Source of the DNA: Mobula hypostoma
Taxonomy: Eukaryota
Reading direction: 5' to 3'
Assembly: GCF_963921235.1 (NCBI RefSeq)
Contig: NC_086098.1
Location: 154,628,001 to 154,692,000 of the forward strand
Length of the DNA: 64,000 nucleotides
The notes under the pieces are model-generated. The model saw nothing but the letters and a program-made list of their open reading frames with translations. It ran no database searches and was not told where the DNA came from. Shown here in pieces: positions 37,141-49,800 of the stretch. How positions within the stretch are numbered: the stretch's first letter is position 1; each line of letters starts with the position of its first letter. The position numbers were made by a program, and so were the translations under genes.

Positions 37141-39234
37141 GAGGAGTTAAAGGAGGTGGTGGCAGAGCTGAGAACTGAGGTCACGGGAGTCATGGCGGGT
37201 GTGAACCCTTCGTATGATAGGACGGGTGGAGAGGACGCACTGGCCTGTCTGAGTGGTGCAAAGCGGTTCAGTGTGCTGGATTTAAGGAGTGGATACTACC
37301 AGATCCCGATGAGTGAGGCCGACAAAGAGAAGACGGCATTTATATGTCCCCTGGGGTTTTTCCAGTTCGAAAGGATGCCCCAAGGCATATCGGGAGCCCC
37401 TGCAACCTTCCAGAGGGTCATGGAGAAGACGGTGGGTGTATGAACTTGCTTGAGGTGCTGGTGTATTTGCATGACCTTATCTTATAGTATTTGGGTCCAA
37501 CTTGGAAGAACACAAAGCGAAGCTACTGAAGGTGCTCGGCCGCTGGAAATCTGAAGGCTTAAAACTTTCCCTGGACAAGTACCAGGCTAAGACAGAAGCG
37601 ATGACAGCTTGGCGGAGGCCCCAGACTATGAGCGCTCTGCGCTCGTTCCTTGGTTGTGTGGTTGCTATCGGAGATTTTCGTGAAGGGCTGCGCCAAAGTG
37701 AATCACCCCTTGAATCAGCTTCTGTGTGGTTACTCTCCCTTCGGGAAGAAAGGAGAAGGAAAAAGAAGACGGGAGGGTGGAAAATATCTAAACCCGTCGG
37801 AGCCCTCGGACAGAGGTGGGATGCAAAATGTGAGGAGGCTTTTCAGTCGCTGAAAGAGTTACTGACCTCGGCACCGGTCCTGGTTTTTGCGGACTCCCTA
37901 TTGCCGTATGTACTACTCACAGATGCCAGCAGAGAGCGGTTATAGGGGGCGTCCTCTCTCAGGATCAGGGCACTGGGTTGAGGCCTGTGGTGTTTGTCAG
38001 CCGGAGTTTGTCGCCCTCCGAGACAAACTATCCCTCGCACAAGTTGAATTCCTGGCGTTGAAATGAGCGGTGGTGGATAAGCTGAGTGACTATCTCTACG
38101 GGGCCAAGTTTGAGCTGAGGACGGACAACAACCCCCTAACTTACATCTTGACCTCAGCGAAACTGGGTGCCACAGGCTATCGGTGGTTGGCAGCGTTGTC
38201 TGCCTATGATTTCAGCCTGAGGTACCGGCAAGGAGCTGGAACATTGATGCAGGTGCTTTGTCCCGACGGGTGCATGAGGGACTGGACAGGTACGAGGCGT
38301 GGGAGAGCGTTCCTGCCCCTGGGGTGAAGGCCATGTGTCAGTTTGCCATCACCATGAAGGCCGAGGAAAAGGAGAGGCCGGATTGAGCAGTGGATCAATT
38401 GGGGGCTTCTGATGATGCCATACCCCCAGTTTACTGTGAACTGACTGCTCTGAAGACAGATCAGCTGCCGGATTTGCGTTCTGGGGAAGTGGCAGCTGCT
38501 CAGCGAGATGACCCGGGCTTGACACTATTTGGTCTGCGGTTGAGAAGGGAGACACGGCTCAGGCGGAGAAGTCGAAACACGCTTCGGTGCCTCCATTACT
38601 GAAAGAATGGCCTCGGTTGGAGTTGAAGAACCAGATCTTATACCGGGTCACGTCACCCTCGGACCGACCTCGCCGTTGCCAGCTGGTGCTGCCCGACGAG
38701 TATCGGAGGATTGCGTTGAAGTCACTACATGATGATTCTGGACATTTGGGGGTGGAAAACACCTATGGATTGCTCAAAGACCGTTTTACTGGCCCCGCAT
38801 GAAGTCGGAGGTTGAAGAATACTGCATATCGTGCATTCGCTTCGTACGCGGGAAGACACTGCCTAGGCGGGTAGCTCCTTTGTCCCACTAGCAGAGCGCA
38901 GGGCCCCTGGACCTGGTGTGTATGGATTTCCTGTCCATAGAAGCCGAAGCCAGCAACACGACGAGTGTCTTAGTTATCACGGACCACTACATCAAAAATG
39001 CACAGGTTTTTCCTACCAAGGACCAGAGGGCGACTACGGTGGCAAAAGTGTTATGGGGGAAGTATTACGTACATTATGGCCTTCTCAGGTGGATACATAG
39101 TGACCAGGGACGGGACTTCGAGAACAGACTCATCTGTGAGTTACTGGGCATGCTTGGAGTTGAGAAGTCGAGGACCACGCCCTATCACCCGCAGGGAGAT
39201 CCCCAGCCTGAGAGGTTTAGTCGGGCCTTGCTAC

Positions 39235-40080
39235 TGTGACGAAAGACCAAGTTATCAGAAGATTGATGCTAATGAGAGAGATAAGTGAGACAATGGAGCA
39301 GCATTCAGACATGTTAATGAGAGACGAGAGAGATTAACGAAAATAGACACAGTTCCGAGTATTGTCAGACCGGTTGCTTTGAAACTAAACTGTCTGAAGT
39401 TTGATGGACAGGCGATACCCCAGCAGGGGGATAAAAGGAACAGGTTCGCTAAGGCAAGACAGACGCCACGAGATCACGAGATAACGAGACCCTGGAGGTG
39501 CGGTGTGCCCCCACAAGTTGATGAGAGTTTTGGAGATCTGGTCGCGGGACCGACCATAGACGCACAGGGTGAAAAGGTACGATCGGCGGGAACCTGGTGT
39601 GCGTGTCCGCCCTTGCCTGGGTGCCGGGGTCACCGCGGAAGGACGATCGTATCCGGAATGGAGGGGTCACAGTCGGTGACCTCAGAAGACATTAAAAAAG
39701 GGCTCGCCCAAAAGCTAACTGCGAGGAACATCGAAGGTCTGTGAATCGAAATTTGCATTCGCTCGCGCTCTCTCCCTCTCTCTCTCTTCTCCAACGGCAC
39801 AACAGCGATTACTGCGAACTGTACTGCTGAACTGAACTCTGCGTCACTTGAGACTGATCATTTTACCCCTAGACTGCGATAGAGCTTGATTGATTCCTAT
39901 TATCCTAGTTCTGTGTACATATGTGTTTTATCATTGCTAACCCGTTGCATTTATATCCTTACGATTAGAGTGCTGTGTTACTTATTTCTTTAATAAAACT
40001 TTCTTAGTTCCAGCAATCCAGACTCCAACTAAGTGGTCCATTTCTGCTGGTTTGGCAACCCAGTTACGAGGTACGTAACA
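39235..40080 (+). mobile_element. Solo LTR inserted into the Gypsy integrase
   Basis: TGTGAC...GTAACA termini. Exact TSD CTAC at 39231-39234 and 40081-40084. The integrase frame resumes afterwards (HILRTL...YNCTRNEVTGYSP). Its 3' end resembles the Gmr1-like LTR ends in this window. Confidence 0.9.
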
Positions 40081-43000
40081 CTACACATACTCAGGACCCT
40101 GGAGATCAGCAAGAAGAGCAGGTGGAGTCAATATATTGGGCATCTGGTTCACTGTTACAACTGTACACGAAATGAAGTTACTGGGTACTCGCCATATTAT
40201 CTGATGTTTGGGCGTGAGGCGAGATTGCCCATTGACCTTTGTTTTGGGACTAATGCGGGTGACTTACCACAGAAGCCTTATCTGAAGTATGGGTCTGATA
40301 TGAGGAGAGAGCTGAAAAGTGCTTATGTATTGGCTGGGGTTGCGGCTGCCAAGAAGAATCGAGGGAATACGAGGAGGCATGATCAGAAAGTGAGGTTCTC
40401 CCATCTCCTGCCGGGAGACTGAGTCCTCATAAGGAATTTGGGACTACTGTACCTGGAAAGCACAAACTGGCTGACCGCTTGGCGGCCACACCCTATGTGG
40501 TGGAGAATCAGATGCCAAACCCACCGGTTTTCCGGGTGAGGCCCGAGGAGGGGAAGGGGCCTGTCAAGGTTCTCCATCGGAACCACCCGTTACCCCTGGG
40601 ACAAGAGGTGCAGGTAGACCAGGAGCCCGACTTGGAGCCTACACCTAGTAAGAGGACTCTGCGAAAACGCGGGGCGACTGCAGGCCCCACAGCGGGAGAG
40701 GCTGAGCCGGGCTCCACCCATGAGCGGAAAATTGATTCGGAGGATGATGATCTGGATGTGTGATACATGCTGCCGTTCGCTAACTCCCCATTGATTGAGG
40801 AAGAGACCCCGGCCCTTCTCCCACTGAGTCAGGTGAAGTGGAGGGGGCTAGCTGTAGGCAGCCTGGGTTACAGCAGGACACTGAAGGAGAGGAGACGGGG
40901 CCTGGACACGGGTTAGAGGCTTCCGAGATGCAGGGCGACAAGAGTGATAGATCGGGCGAAGAATATTAACTGATGAGGTAACGGTTTCTCTGCAGGAGCA
41001 ATGTTTGGGTTATAACTAGAGATAACTATAGATCCAATGGGGGAAATGTTATTCTTTCTTGTGTGTCTGAAACCTGTTGGTTTTGCGGGCTTTTGGAGAA
41101 GGCGCGAAGGCAATGAAGAGAGGAGACGCGACTTGAGCGAGTTGGTGGGCCGTCCGACCCGGGGGGGACGGGGACTCCGAGCGGGGGTCCGAAGGTGCAG
41201 ATCGATGGGGGAAGAAAAACTGCTGGACTGCGTGAACTCCAACTTCGTGTGCACATGACTGTTTAATAATATTATTGGCATCTTTTCTTTTATATTTTGT
41301 TTCTCTACTAACCATATAGTCAAAGTAAGAGTTATAAAGCTTAATCGTTTAATCGCATATTGTGTACAGTTTGTGTTTTCGGGGTACTGATTGTAACAGG
41401 CGACACATCGCACAGCATCCATCCAAACGGGATTTCTTAGGTTTGGTCGGGCATGGTGGTTATCACCCCCTCTATTAAGCGGCTAGGAGAAGCGAGTGTT
41501 ACATAAAGATACAGGCACGCCTTTCTTGTGATTGCATCTCTAGGCCTGACACAAGAAAAGCATCGATATGTAATGACTAATTTAAAGATTTTGATCTTCT
41601 TTCCCGCCGATCCACGAATGTCAACTGGCGCATGTATGGCCTACTTCCGAGTTTTGAAATCAATAATCAGTCCATTAGTTTTACAAACATTGAGGAAGAA
41701 TTTGTTGTTTGCGGCCCTGGTTAAATAGATGTGCCATGTCGCTGCTGCGCTAGCTCATCGCCGTCTGCGATTTGTCCTGTAATAGTGGCGTTCTTAGACG
41801 AATCACAGAGGTAAATAATACGGATCGGGGATGAGGTCACTTCCTCCAAGATTAAAAGGCAAATAACTGTTATTATCTTTCTTTTTAGGTAATGGCTTTC
41901 CAAATTGATGCAAGATCATTGTTTTCCTCAAACCGATTAAACGTTTCACAATCTTAGCGATTTCCTCGCCCAATATAAAACAATTGTTTCATAAATCACG
42001 GAGCAATGTTTTCTTGTTTTTAAACAGGGCATGGACACGTGACACGCTGACGAACGCTGTCTGGTTCACGTAGACACGGGTTGTGGTTTGATAAAGAGTC
42101 TTCATTCATTAGAAGCACTTGTTAGAATTTCAATCAATATTTGAATCTGCCTTTCGTTAGAACACCAAGAAATAATGTCTGTTTACACCGGCTCTTTGCG
42201 TACTGCAACACGTTGCTGAATAATAAAACCGCCTTTAACTACAGCTACGCCGGCAGTGGAGTTATTTACCTGTCTGGGTTAAGTAAGTGGGGAGAACTCT
42301 TCAGCGAGGGAAAATAATGGATGATAACATATTGGCATGGGTAGAAAATTGATTGGCTGACAAAAATGAAGTGCAGTCATAAATGGCCGATTCCCTGGAA
42401 TGATATAACCGGAAATGTGTGAAAGAATTCGGGCCCTTCCACTGCACTGATGACAATGAGAGATAGATAGGTAATGACAGTGTGACGAGGACGTCAGAAA
42501 GATGCGGAGAGATATCGATAGTCCAAGTGGGTGAGCTAAAATCTGGCAAAGCGGAAAGCAGGAAAATACAAATTGACTGTGTTGGAATGAAAAACACTTC
42601 AACAGCATACTTTCTAAGTAGTGGGAGAATATTACCCTGCAAGCTAAAGAGGGGTAAGGGCGTTTTATGTCATCATAGTGTGTAATTCACAAAAGGCTGT
42701 TATTCTGGTGCAAGTAATTAAAAAGACGATGAACATATTAGGGGAATTAAGTACAAAATTTGTGGGCGTTATGCTTCGTGTGACAGGGCCGTGAAGGACC
42801 AAATGTGGACTGCATTAGTCTTACTTTAAGAAATGAGGTAAATATGGTAGAAGTTCAGAGAAGGTCTACAAGAACTAATTCGTTGGTGGCTCGTTATCCG
42901 AGGAGAAGTATTGAATAGGCTTGACTTCCATCTACTGGAGTTCATGAGAATAATATGGGACTTGACTGAAATCTAGTGGTCCTTATAGAGCGAATGTGCA

Positions 43001-44835
43001 GAAGATGTTTCTTTCACGAGAACTCAAAATTTAGTAAGGACTGTTAAAATATGAATTTGCCATTTAAAACAGACAAGACCTTTTCTTTATCGCTTACGGT
43101 AACGAGTTTGGAGTCCTTTCACAGAAGGCAGTGGGAGTCGAGTCTTGGAACATATTTAAGGCAGAGAAAGATCATTAGAAACCAAGAGAGTTTAGGCAGG
43201 AATGCGAAGTAGAGTTTCAAATTCAATCAACCAGGATACTTTGAAATGGTGAAGCAAACTCAAGTTGAAAGCGACCTATATCTACTCCTACCTTTACTTT
43301 TCTGTTATATATCATTGAAAACTCTTTATATTATTGCCTTCAGCACAACGGACTACGAAGCAGAGTAGACTCTACGGGCTGAAATGCCTAATTGTGCTCC
43401 AATGTCTTCCGTCTTATGATATTCACGTTTGTCATATACCTCTGCGCCGGTAGGTGGGGATGTCGCATCGCTTCAACCTCACATGGATTGTGGGAACCGA
43501 TGGGAAGATGATCCTCTCAACCAGAGCTTTGAATACTGAAACCACACAGCCTTCGCACTATATTTCATTTGCAACGATGGGGTCCAACAAAACCAAAAAA
43601 GCTTAGATTTTCTTGAATACAGCCTGCTGCAACACTAGCGCATGTAATTTCCATCCCATTGACTTCCTTTTCCTACGTCCAATCGACTCAGACTGGGGCA
43701 TCAGCGGCAGTACGACCACGGACAACGAAACAGAGTGTGGTGTGAATGAGCAACAGAAAGCCCGATGTACAAGAAACATGAAACAGATGCCAAAGCACGA
43801 TCCCGGTTTCGTCCTCTGTCAGAACCCTCAAAGCTCTGTTGATACCTCTAAAAGTCTTTAGCAATCAATCAACTGGTAAATTAAACTGATGCGAGACAAC
43901 TTAAAAAAAAGAAACTTCAATCCTAAAATCGACACAATTCTTATCAATTGGAAACACTAAAAGAAAATCAGACACTTCTGATAAAATGCAAGTTGTACTT
44001 TAGCGTTCTTCTCCTGTGCCACCTGATCGGAGATCAGGTGTAAATGTTACGCAATCTCGGCGTCAGTGGTAGACAGGGCGCGGGAGGGAGGGGCAGATGA
44101 CTGGTGGAACTCGGCGACTGATTTTGGGTCTTCAGTATTTGTATACAACTGCGGAAACATTCAATTGTTGATCCACCGTCAGCGGTAAGGAGGGGATTTT
44201 GAACATAGAACATAAAACATACAGCAATACAGCAGAGGAACAGACCCTTCGCCCACAGCTGCACCGAACATGATGCTAAGTTAAACTAGTCTCTTCTGCC
44301 TGACCATGATGCACGTCCCTCCACACCCAGCTTCTTCGTGTGCTTATCTAATAGCTTATTGAACACGTCCATCACATCTGGTATCACTGCCAGCTGTGGC
44401 AGCTGTCCCTGACACTCATTGCTTTCTGTGTAAATACAAGGGCACCGCACATCCTCAGTAAACCTTCTCTCTCTCACTTTGCCCTATGTGTTCTCCTATT
44501 CGACACTTCTACACTGGGAATATGATTCCGGCTCACTACTCGATCTCTGCCTCTCTCTCGTAATTTTATATATTTCAATCAGCTCTCCCCTCTTCTGCAC
44601 TCTTCAATTTAATACCGAATTCAGGCAAACCAATTAAACGTAGTGCCAAACTTCTTATCAGAGAATTGAAAAGGATATATTGTATTTACAAAGACCGCCT
44701 CAATAATATCTGATCTACGCTACAAAACCAGCGTTTCCACATCCTCTTTTTGACCCTTTGTGCTACATACCTTGTGATGTACTAGGTAATTACAGGTGGG
44801 TGCGCATTACGTCAGTGGTAAGGACAGTACTGAGG

Positions 44836-45395
44836 GACAAGAAAACTCCGCGGGACAGGAGTGATAAAGTCACACTCAAGTTGGAGGAACAACACCTTAT
44901 ATTCCGTCTGGGTAGCCTCCAACTTGATGGCATGAACATTGACTTCTCAAACTTCCGCTAATGTCCCACCGCCCCCTCGTACCCCATCCGCTATTTATTT
45001 ATGTACACACACTTTTTTTTCTCTGTCTCCTTTTTCTCCCTCTGTCCCTCTCACTATATCCCTTGCCCATCCTCTGGGCTTCCCCCCCCCCCCCACCCTT
45101 TACTTTCTTACTGGGCCTCCTGTCCCATGATCCTCTCATATCCCTTTTGCTAATCAATTGTCCAGCTCTTGGCTCCAACCCTCCCCCTCCTGTCTTCTCC
45201 TATCATTTCGGATCTCCCCCTCCCCCTCCCACTTTCAAATTTCTTACTAGCTCTTCTTTCAGTTAGTCCTGACGAAGGGTCTCGGTCCGAAACGTTGACT
45301 GTACCTCTTCCTATAGATGCTGCCTGGCCTGCTGCGTTCACCAGCAACTTTTATGTGTGTTGCTTGAAATTCCAGCATCTGCAAATTTCCTCGTG
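44836..45395 (+). mobile_element. Penelope-like element 3' end (GIY-YIG C-terminus + terminal repeat)
   Basis: KLEEQHLIFRLGSLQLDGMNIDFSNFR*, then a pyrimidine-rich tract and a hammerhead core. Homologous in inverted orientation to 57060-57570. Confidence 0.75.
45265..45300 (+). ncRNA. Minimal type I hammerhead ribozyme motif
   Basis: AGTC-CTGACGA-A-GGGT(CTCG)GTCC-GAAA-C-GTT-GACT. Stem I AGTC/GACT, stem II, palindromic ACGT stem III. The cleavage triplet is GUU rather than GUC. Confidence 0.7.
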
Positions 45396-46118
45396 TTTGT
45401 GGGACAAGATTTATGCGTGCTTGGAAAGGCAAGGATTCATTAGTGACAATTACCATGGCTTTGTACTGGGTGAAATCTAACCCGGCAATGTGACTGAGTT
45501 TTTTGAAAAATTAACAAATGGGTTTGTTGAAGACAGGGCGTATCTGTTATTTATATAGACTGTAGGGGCTATGCAGATCATACTAATCACAGTATACCGG
45601 TCGTGTTCCAGATAGGGGTGAAGATTGTCTAAGGCTATAGCAAGATATCGATCAGTGGAAGTTGGGCGAAACATTAGCAAGTGGATTTAATCCTGACAAT
45701 TTGAGATGATGCGTTGTAAAAAAGTCAAATGGGGTAGAACATATACAATAAATGGCAGGGCATTAAGAAAAGCTAACGAACAAAGCACACTAGCATATAG
45801 TTCCCTGAAAATTGCAACACGGCTGGATGGGGCTGCTGAGACGGTGGGGCGAGGGCAAGAAAGGATAACATATATTTGCCTTGGTAGGGACTAGCATAAT
45901 ATATAGGAGTTGGGATGTTATATTACAAATCATTCTCTTAACTCACCGTCAAGAAATCAAGTGATTATATGCACGTTGAATGAATCAAATAATACGCGCA
46001 GTATCGACGTCAGAAATTATAGATACAAGCAGATCTTTCAGTTTGTCACGTTAATAAACCGTATTGCCAAAATACTGTGACCGAAACCTATCCTTTTTGC
46101 TTTTGCATACGACAATGC

Positions 46119-46886
46119 TGTCACGGTCCATTCCATTGACTCCTCATTTCAGCTAATTTCCTTTTCCCCGTGTTCCACTGGGCTCCTTGATTAGGACACC
46201 TGATCCTCATTCGAACCGGCAGCATAAATACTCCGGCTTACAGCTACTTGCTGCCGGTTTGTCACTGTAGACAGTGCGGCTATGCTTGTCCCGGAGCTGC
46301 CGAGAATCGTGGACTCTAAGTTGTTTCAGTGCTGTGGCTGCTTAGTGAATTCAGTCGTTTTCGTGTCCAGCTGAGTTGCCGGCCGTGTTGCCGCTACTCG
46401 GAGTCAAGACGCGAATTCTGTCGTTTTCCTGTCCGGCTGAGATTTGCTGGCCGATTGCCACCACTCCGAGCCAAGATACAAATGGACTGTCATTGTTTAG
46501 TTTTTGTCATCTCGTTTTCAGCTGAGTAAGTCCGGCCGTTTGCCGCTACTCCGAGTTGGAATTCTGTCTCTTCGTGTCCAGCTGAGTGATTACCGGCCAT
46601 TTGCCGCGTATGAGCTATTCCGTGTCAAGGTTCGTATTGTCGGTCGTTGGTTGGGTTAGTCGTCTCGTTTCCAGCTGAGTAGGTCCAGCCGTTTGCCGCT
46701 ACTCCGAGTAGGAAATTCTGTCTCTCCCTGTCCGAGTCCCGTTTGTTGTCCCGCATCCTCTTCCGCGTAAGAATTCTATCCTCGTTCCCTGGCTTTCCTG
46801 GCAACTATTAGTAAACACACTTCTGCGAATGTCACCTCTGTGTCTGTGTCCTGCGCTGGGTCCGCCCCATACGCTCTATTGTAACA
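46119..46886 (+). mobile_element. Probable solo LTR with internal ~60-90-bp repeats
   Basis: TGTCAC...TGTAACA termini. Flanks AATGC/AGTGC once the adjacent CR1 is removed. GCATAAATA TATA-like motif and termini resemble the 31690-33382 element. Confidence 0.62.
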
Positions 46887-46890
46887 AGTG

Positions 46891-49800
46891 AAGAAATCGG
46901 GTAGAAAAAGTCGTTTTTTTAAACTACTCGGGGAGAAGGGTCTGCACTGCGCAGGCGCGTGACGTAGCGCGCCGAGGTTTAAAAAGAGAAGTTTTCAACG
47001 GTTCTTGTTTCAGTCGAAGCAAGCAGCTGAGAAGGAGTGAAGAAATCGGATAGAAAGTCGTTTTTTTTAAACTGCTCGGGGAGAAGGGTCTGCACTGCGC
47101 AGGCGCGTGACGTAGGGCGCCAAGATTTGAAAAGCAGACCACCATATTCAGCGGCCATCGTCGGAGTGGACTGAGTCAGAGTGGGACGGCTTTGGCTCAA
47201 ACAGGCTTCAGCGAGAACAGGCAGAGGTCAGGGTAGGTTCCGGTAAGTTTTTTGTTCAGATTGTTTAGTGCAGTGAGAATGCCAGGCAGGATGTTGGAAT
47301 GCTCCTCTTGCAGGATGTGGGAAGTCAGGGAGCCCTCCGGTGTCCCTGACAATGACACCTGCAAGAAGTGCATCCAGCTGCAGCTCCTGACAAACCGCGT
47401 TAGGGAACTGGAGCAGGAGCTGGATGACTTGCGGATCATTCAGGAGAATGAGGAGATTATAGATCGTAGCTACAGGGAGGTAGTTACGCCAAAGGAGCAG
47501 AGGACAAGAAATTGGGTTACTGTCCGGCAAGGGAAGAGGAAAAGGCAGGCAGAGCAGGGTTCCCCTGTGGCCATTCCCCTCAACAACAAGTATACCGCAT
47601 TGGATACTGTTTGGGGGGGGGGATGACTTGCCTGGGACTAGCTGCTGTAGCCGGATCTCTGGCACTGAGTTTGGCTCTGCAGTGCAGAAGGGAGGGTGGA
47701 TAAAGAGGAGAGCAGTAGTGATAGGGGACTCGATAGTTAGAGGTGCAGATAGAAGGTTCTGTGGTCTTGACAGAGAATCCAGGATGGTTTGTTGCCTCCC
47801 TGGTGCCAGGGTCAAGGATGTCTCTGATCGATTGCATGACATTCTGAAGTGGGAGGGTGACCAGCCAGATGTCGTGGTGCACATCGGTACCAATGACATA
47901 GTAAGGAAGAGTGAAGAGGTCCTGGACAGTGAGTATAGAGAGCTTGGTAGGAAGTTGAAAAACAGGACCTCAAGGGTGGTAATCTCAGGATTGCTACCTG
48001 TGCTAGGTGCCAGTGAGGGTAGGAATAGGATGCTCTGGAGGAGGAACAAGTGGCTGAGGAACTGGTGTAGGGGGCAGGGTTTCAGATTTCAGGATCATTG
48101 GGACCTCTTCTGGGGCAGGTGGGACCTGTACAAGAGAGACGGGTTACACTTGAACCACAGGGGGACCAATATCCTTTCAGGGAGGTTTGTTAGTGCTATT
48201 TGGGGAGGCTTTAAACTAGATTTGCAGGGGGATGGGAACCAGAGTGCCAGAGCTGACAGTGTGGCTGGGGTGAAAATAAATGATGTTGAAAGTTTAAGCA
48301 AATCCGCTGATAGAAAGGTTGTGAGTGGTGGTAAAAATCTTCTGAGGTGTATATATTTCAATGCTAGGAGGATTGCGGTGAAGGCGGATGAGTTGAGGGC
48401 GTGGATTGACATGTGGAATTATGATGTTGTAGCAATTGGTGAAACTTGGCTACATGAGGGGCAGGACTGACAGCTTAATATTCCAGGGTTCCGATGTTTC
48501 AGATGTGATCGAGGCAGAGGAATGAAAGGTGGGGGAATAGCATTGCTTGTTAGGGAAAATATTACAGCAGTGCTCAGGCAGGACAGATTAGAGGGCTTGT
48601 CTACTGAGTCCTTATGGGTGGAGCTGTGGAACAGGATTGGTATGGCCACATTAGTGGGATTGTATTACAGACCACCCAATAATCAACGAGACTTGGAAGA
48701 GCAAATCTGCAGAGAGATAGCAGGAAACATAAAGTTGTGGTGGTAGGGGATTTTAATTTTCCATACATTGATTGGGACTCCCATACTGTTAGGGGTCTAG
48801 ATGGTTTAGTTTGTAAAATGTGTTCAGGAAAGTTTTCTAAATCAATATATAGAGGGACCAACTAGAGGGGATGCAATATTGGATCTCCTGTTAGGAAACG
48901 AATTAGGGCAAGTGACAGAAGTCTGTGTAGGGGAGCACTTTGGTTCCAGTGATCATAACACCATTAGTTTCAATTTGATCATGGACAAGGATAGATCTGG
49001 TCCTAGGGTTGAGGTTCTGAACGGGAAGAAGGCCAAATTTGAAGAAATGAGAAAGGATCTAAAAAGTGTGGATTGGGACAGGTTGTTCTCTGGCAAAGAT
49101 GTGATTGGTAGGTGGGAAGCCTTCAAAGGGGAAATTTTGCGAGTGCAGAGTTTGTATGTTCCTGTCAGGATTAAAGGCAAATTGAATAGGAATAAGGAGC
49201 CTTGGTTCTCAAGGGATATTGCAATTCTGATAAAGAAGAAGAGGGAGTTGTATGAAATGTATAGGAAATGGGGTAAATCAGGTGCTTGAGGAGTATAAGA
49301 AGTGCAAGAAAATACTTAAGAAAGAAATCAGGAGGGCTAAAAGACATGAGGTTACCTTGGCAGTCAAAGTGAAGGATAATCCAAAGAGCTTTTACAAGTA
49401 TATTAAGAGCAAAAGGATTGTAAGGGATAAAATTGGTCCTCTTGAAGATCAGAGTGGTCGGCTTTGTGCGGAACCAAAGGAAATGGGGGAGATCTTAAAT
49501 AGGTTTTTTGCGTCTGTATTCACTAAGGAAGCTGGCATGAAATCTATGGAATTAAGGGAATCAAGTAGTGAGACCATGGAAACTGTACAGATTGAAAAGG
49601 AGGAGGTGCTTGCTGTCTTGAGGAAAATTAAAGTGGATAAATCCCCGGGACCTGACAGAGTTCCCTCGGACCTTGAAGGAGACTAGTGTTGAAATTGCGG
49701 GGGCCCTGGCAGAAATATTTAAAATGTTGCTGTCTACGGGTGAAGTGCCGGAGGATTGGAGAGTGGCTCATGTTGTTCCATTGTTTAAAAAAGGATCGAA

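Larger units (their letters stand above)
33726..41503 (+). mobile_element. Gypsy LTR retrotransposon with PNMA-like gag, internal deletions and nested insertions
   Basis: LTRs ~33726-34279 and ~40962-41503 (the 3' copy lacks its first ~17 bp). Degenerate Pro PBS at ~34280-34299. gag at 34.4-35.3 kb, RT ([12 protein letters not shown]) at 37.2 kb, RNase H (TDAS, TDNNPL), integrase (MDF, HSDQG, YHPQGD..ERF). No clean TSD. Confidence 0.88.
15500..42105 (+). repeat. Segmental duplication unit 2, expanded by unit-specific TE insertions
   Basis: Same collinear anchors as unit 1. Unit 1 shows the empty sites for the insertions at 18603, 20797, 21297 and 24164. Confidence 0.8.

Noticed and set aside
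39751-39758. Octamer ATTTGCAT (also at 51208-51215)
   Set aside because: Inside or beside TEs and not upstream of a V gene; consistent with chance.
43600-43870. Non-repetitive-looking segment with an 82-aa ORF
   Set aside because: No recognisable domain in any frame and no convincing splice sites.
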